The notes under the pieces were generated by a model. The model had not been told where the DNA came from, did not search any database, and saw only the letters and a program-made list of their open reading frames with translations. A stretch of DNA of 63,749 nt, counting the filler, from Octopus bimaculoides (lineage: Eukaryota), in NCBI RefSeq assembly GCF_001194135.2. It is 8 parts of 6 records of this genome, joined end to end, with 100 filler letters (N's around TTAATTAATTAA, not from the genome) between each part and the next. Parts side by side here need not be neighbours in the genome. Positions count along the whole stretch, not along the records: positions 62,614 to 63,749 come from NC_068985.1; 7 more parts are not named here. One strand, written 5' to 3'. The position numbers and the translations under genes are program-made. Within the stretch, counting starts at the first letter, position 1. The number at the start of each line of letters is the position of its first letter. Positions 62,730 to 63,749 of the stretch are shown here, one piece after another.

Positions 62730-63090
62730 CGACGGGCTTCTCAGTTTCTGCCTACCAAATTCATTTACAACCTATAGTCGAAGCCACTCGCCCTAGATGC
62801 CACGCAGTGGAACTGAACCGAGAACCATGCGGTTGGGAAGCAAGCTTCTTACCACACAGTCATGCTTGCGCCTATATATATTCGCGTGTGTGTGTGACTT
62901 TGTGTTTGTCCTCCATGACCGCTTGACAACTAGCCTTGGTTTCTTGACGTCCCCGTAACCTAGCGGTTTGGCAAAAGTGATAATAGTGCCAAGATTTAAA
63001 AGAAATAAGTAATGGTGTTGATTTGTTCCTCTAAACCCTTCCAACTGTTGCCCCGTATGGGCGCAGTTCAATGACTGCAACGAGTAAACG
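62730..63090. mobile_element. SINE family A halves in opposite orientation (5' half minus, 3' half plus)
   Basis: 62730-62872 is the reverse complement of the head (ggcgcaagcatgactgtgtggtaagaagc). 62890-63090 is the tail on the plus strand (cgcttgacaac..gtccccgtaacctagcggtttggcaaaag). Confidence 0.7.
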
Positions 63091-63293
63091 ACTTTGATTG
63101 AATGAAAAGCAACAAAACGAACGAATTTAAAGCGGCAGATCGGACGAATTCATCATCAATTTTTTAAAAATTTATTAATTAGAGATGTTACCACTCTTTA
63201 CACAGTACTAATTTTACCAGTTTATATCCATACACTCGGCAAAGGAGAAATCATCAATTTTAAAAATTTATTTTCTTGCATTTTCCCAAACAG

Positions 63294-63414
63294 AGATTCG
63301 AAATGAGATTAACAAACTCGCTCGATCCAAGTACTCACTGTCCAAACTAGCAATCAGTCCTGAAAATACCACGATCATACCAGAGTTCATGGTTCCATTT
63401 TCCTTTGGAATGAG
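63294..63414 (+). CDS. Possible internal exon of an unidentified gene
   Basis: Strong acceptor ttttcttgcattttcccaaacag. Open frame IRNEINKLARSKYSLSKLAISPENTTIIPEFMVPFSFGMR. The donor (gtggta) is weak and no homolog was recognised. Confidence 0.2.
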
Positions 63415-63749
63415 GTGGTAGCGTTCCAAATGAAATGGTTACAAGACAGTAATCAGCAAGTTTACCAGGTACTATATTTCGGTCAGCAAACGGTCACTAA
63501 GATAATGAACTGAAGGAAAATGACCGCTTACCGAAGCAGTCAAAGACAGGAAGCTCATCAACCAAATTACCCTAATTTACTTTTATTCTCCTTTTTCCTT
63601 TCGTTGTTGTTGTTGTTTCCGTCATTCTTGTTGTTATTATTAACGCTCTTGTATTCGTTGTTGTTATTGTTTTCCTGTCCTAATTGTGCTATTTGTGGCG
63701 GCGGCGGCGGCGGTGAGAACTGTGGGGCTGGTGGTGGTGGTGGTGGTGG

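Overview
AT-rich, microsatellite-dense eukaryotic genomic DNA. The repeat families, (CA)n/(TA)n/(AGAT)n density and ERGIC1 sequence point to a coleoid cephalopod, probably Octopus (inference). The window is not one contiguous locus: seven identical 100-bp spacers (44 N + TTAATTAATTAA + 44 N) join eight assembly segments. The only confidently identified host gene is ERGIC1, present as its last two coding exons (41889-42008 and 43393-43500, + strand). Nearly everything else is transposon-derived: R4/Dong-type restriction-endonuclease LINEs, RTE LINE fragments, Penelope-like (PLE) RT/GIY-YIG fragments, a Helitron N-terminus with 23-aa repeats, several Tc1/mariner elements and fold-back MITEs, a piggyBac-like MITE, a TIR element with 8-bp TSD, and many tRNA-derived SINEs. 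The most interesting signal is a short retroposon that combines a tRNA-like Pol III promoter, an (AAT)n tract and a minimal type I hammerhead ribozyme (copies at about 9.1-9.3 kb and 11.4-12.0 kb, the latter with a PLE-like inverted end and a target-site duplication). A separate, fully canonical minimal hammerhead lies at 34653-34695. Most ORFs in the supplied track are spurious translations of microsatellites and N gaps. All family assignments are from motif recognition by eye; no database search was run.
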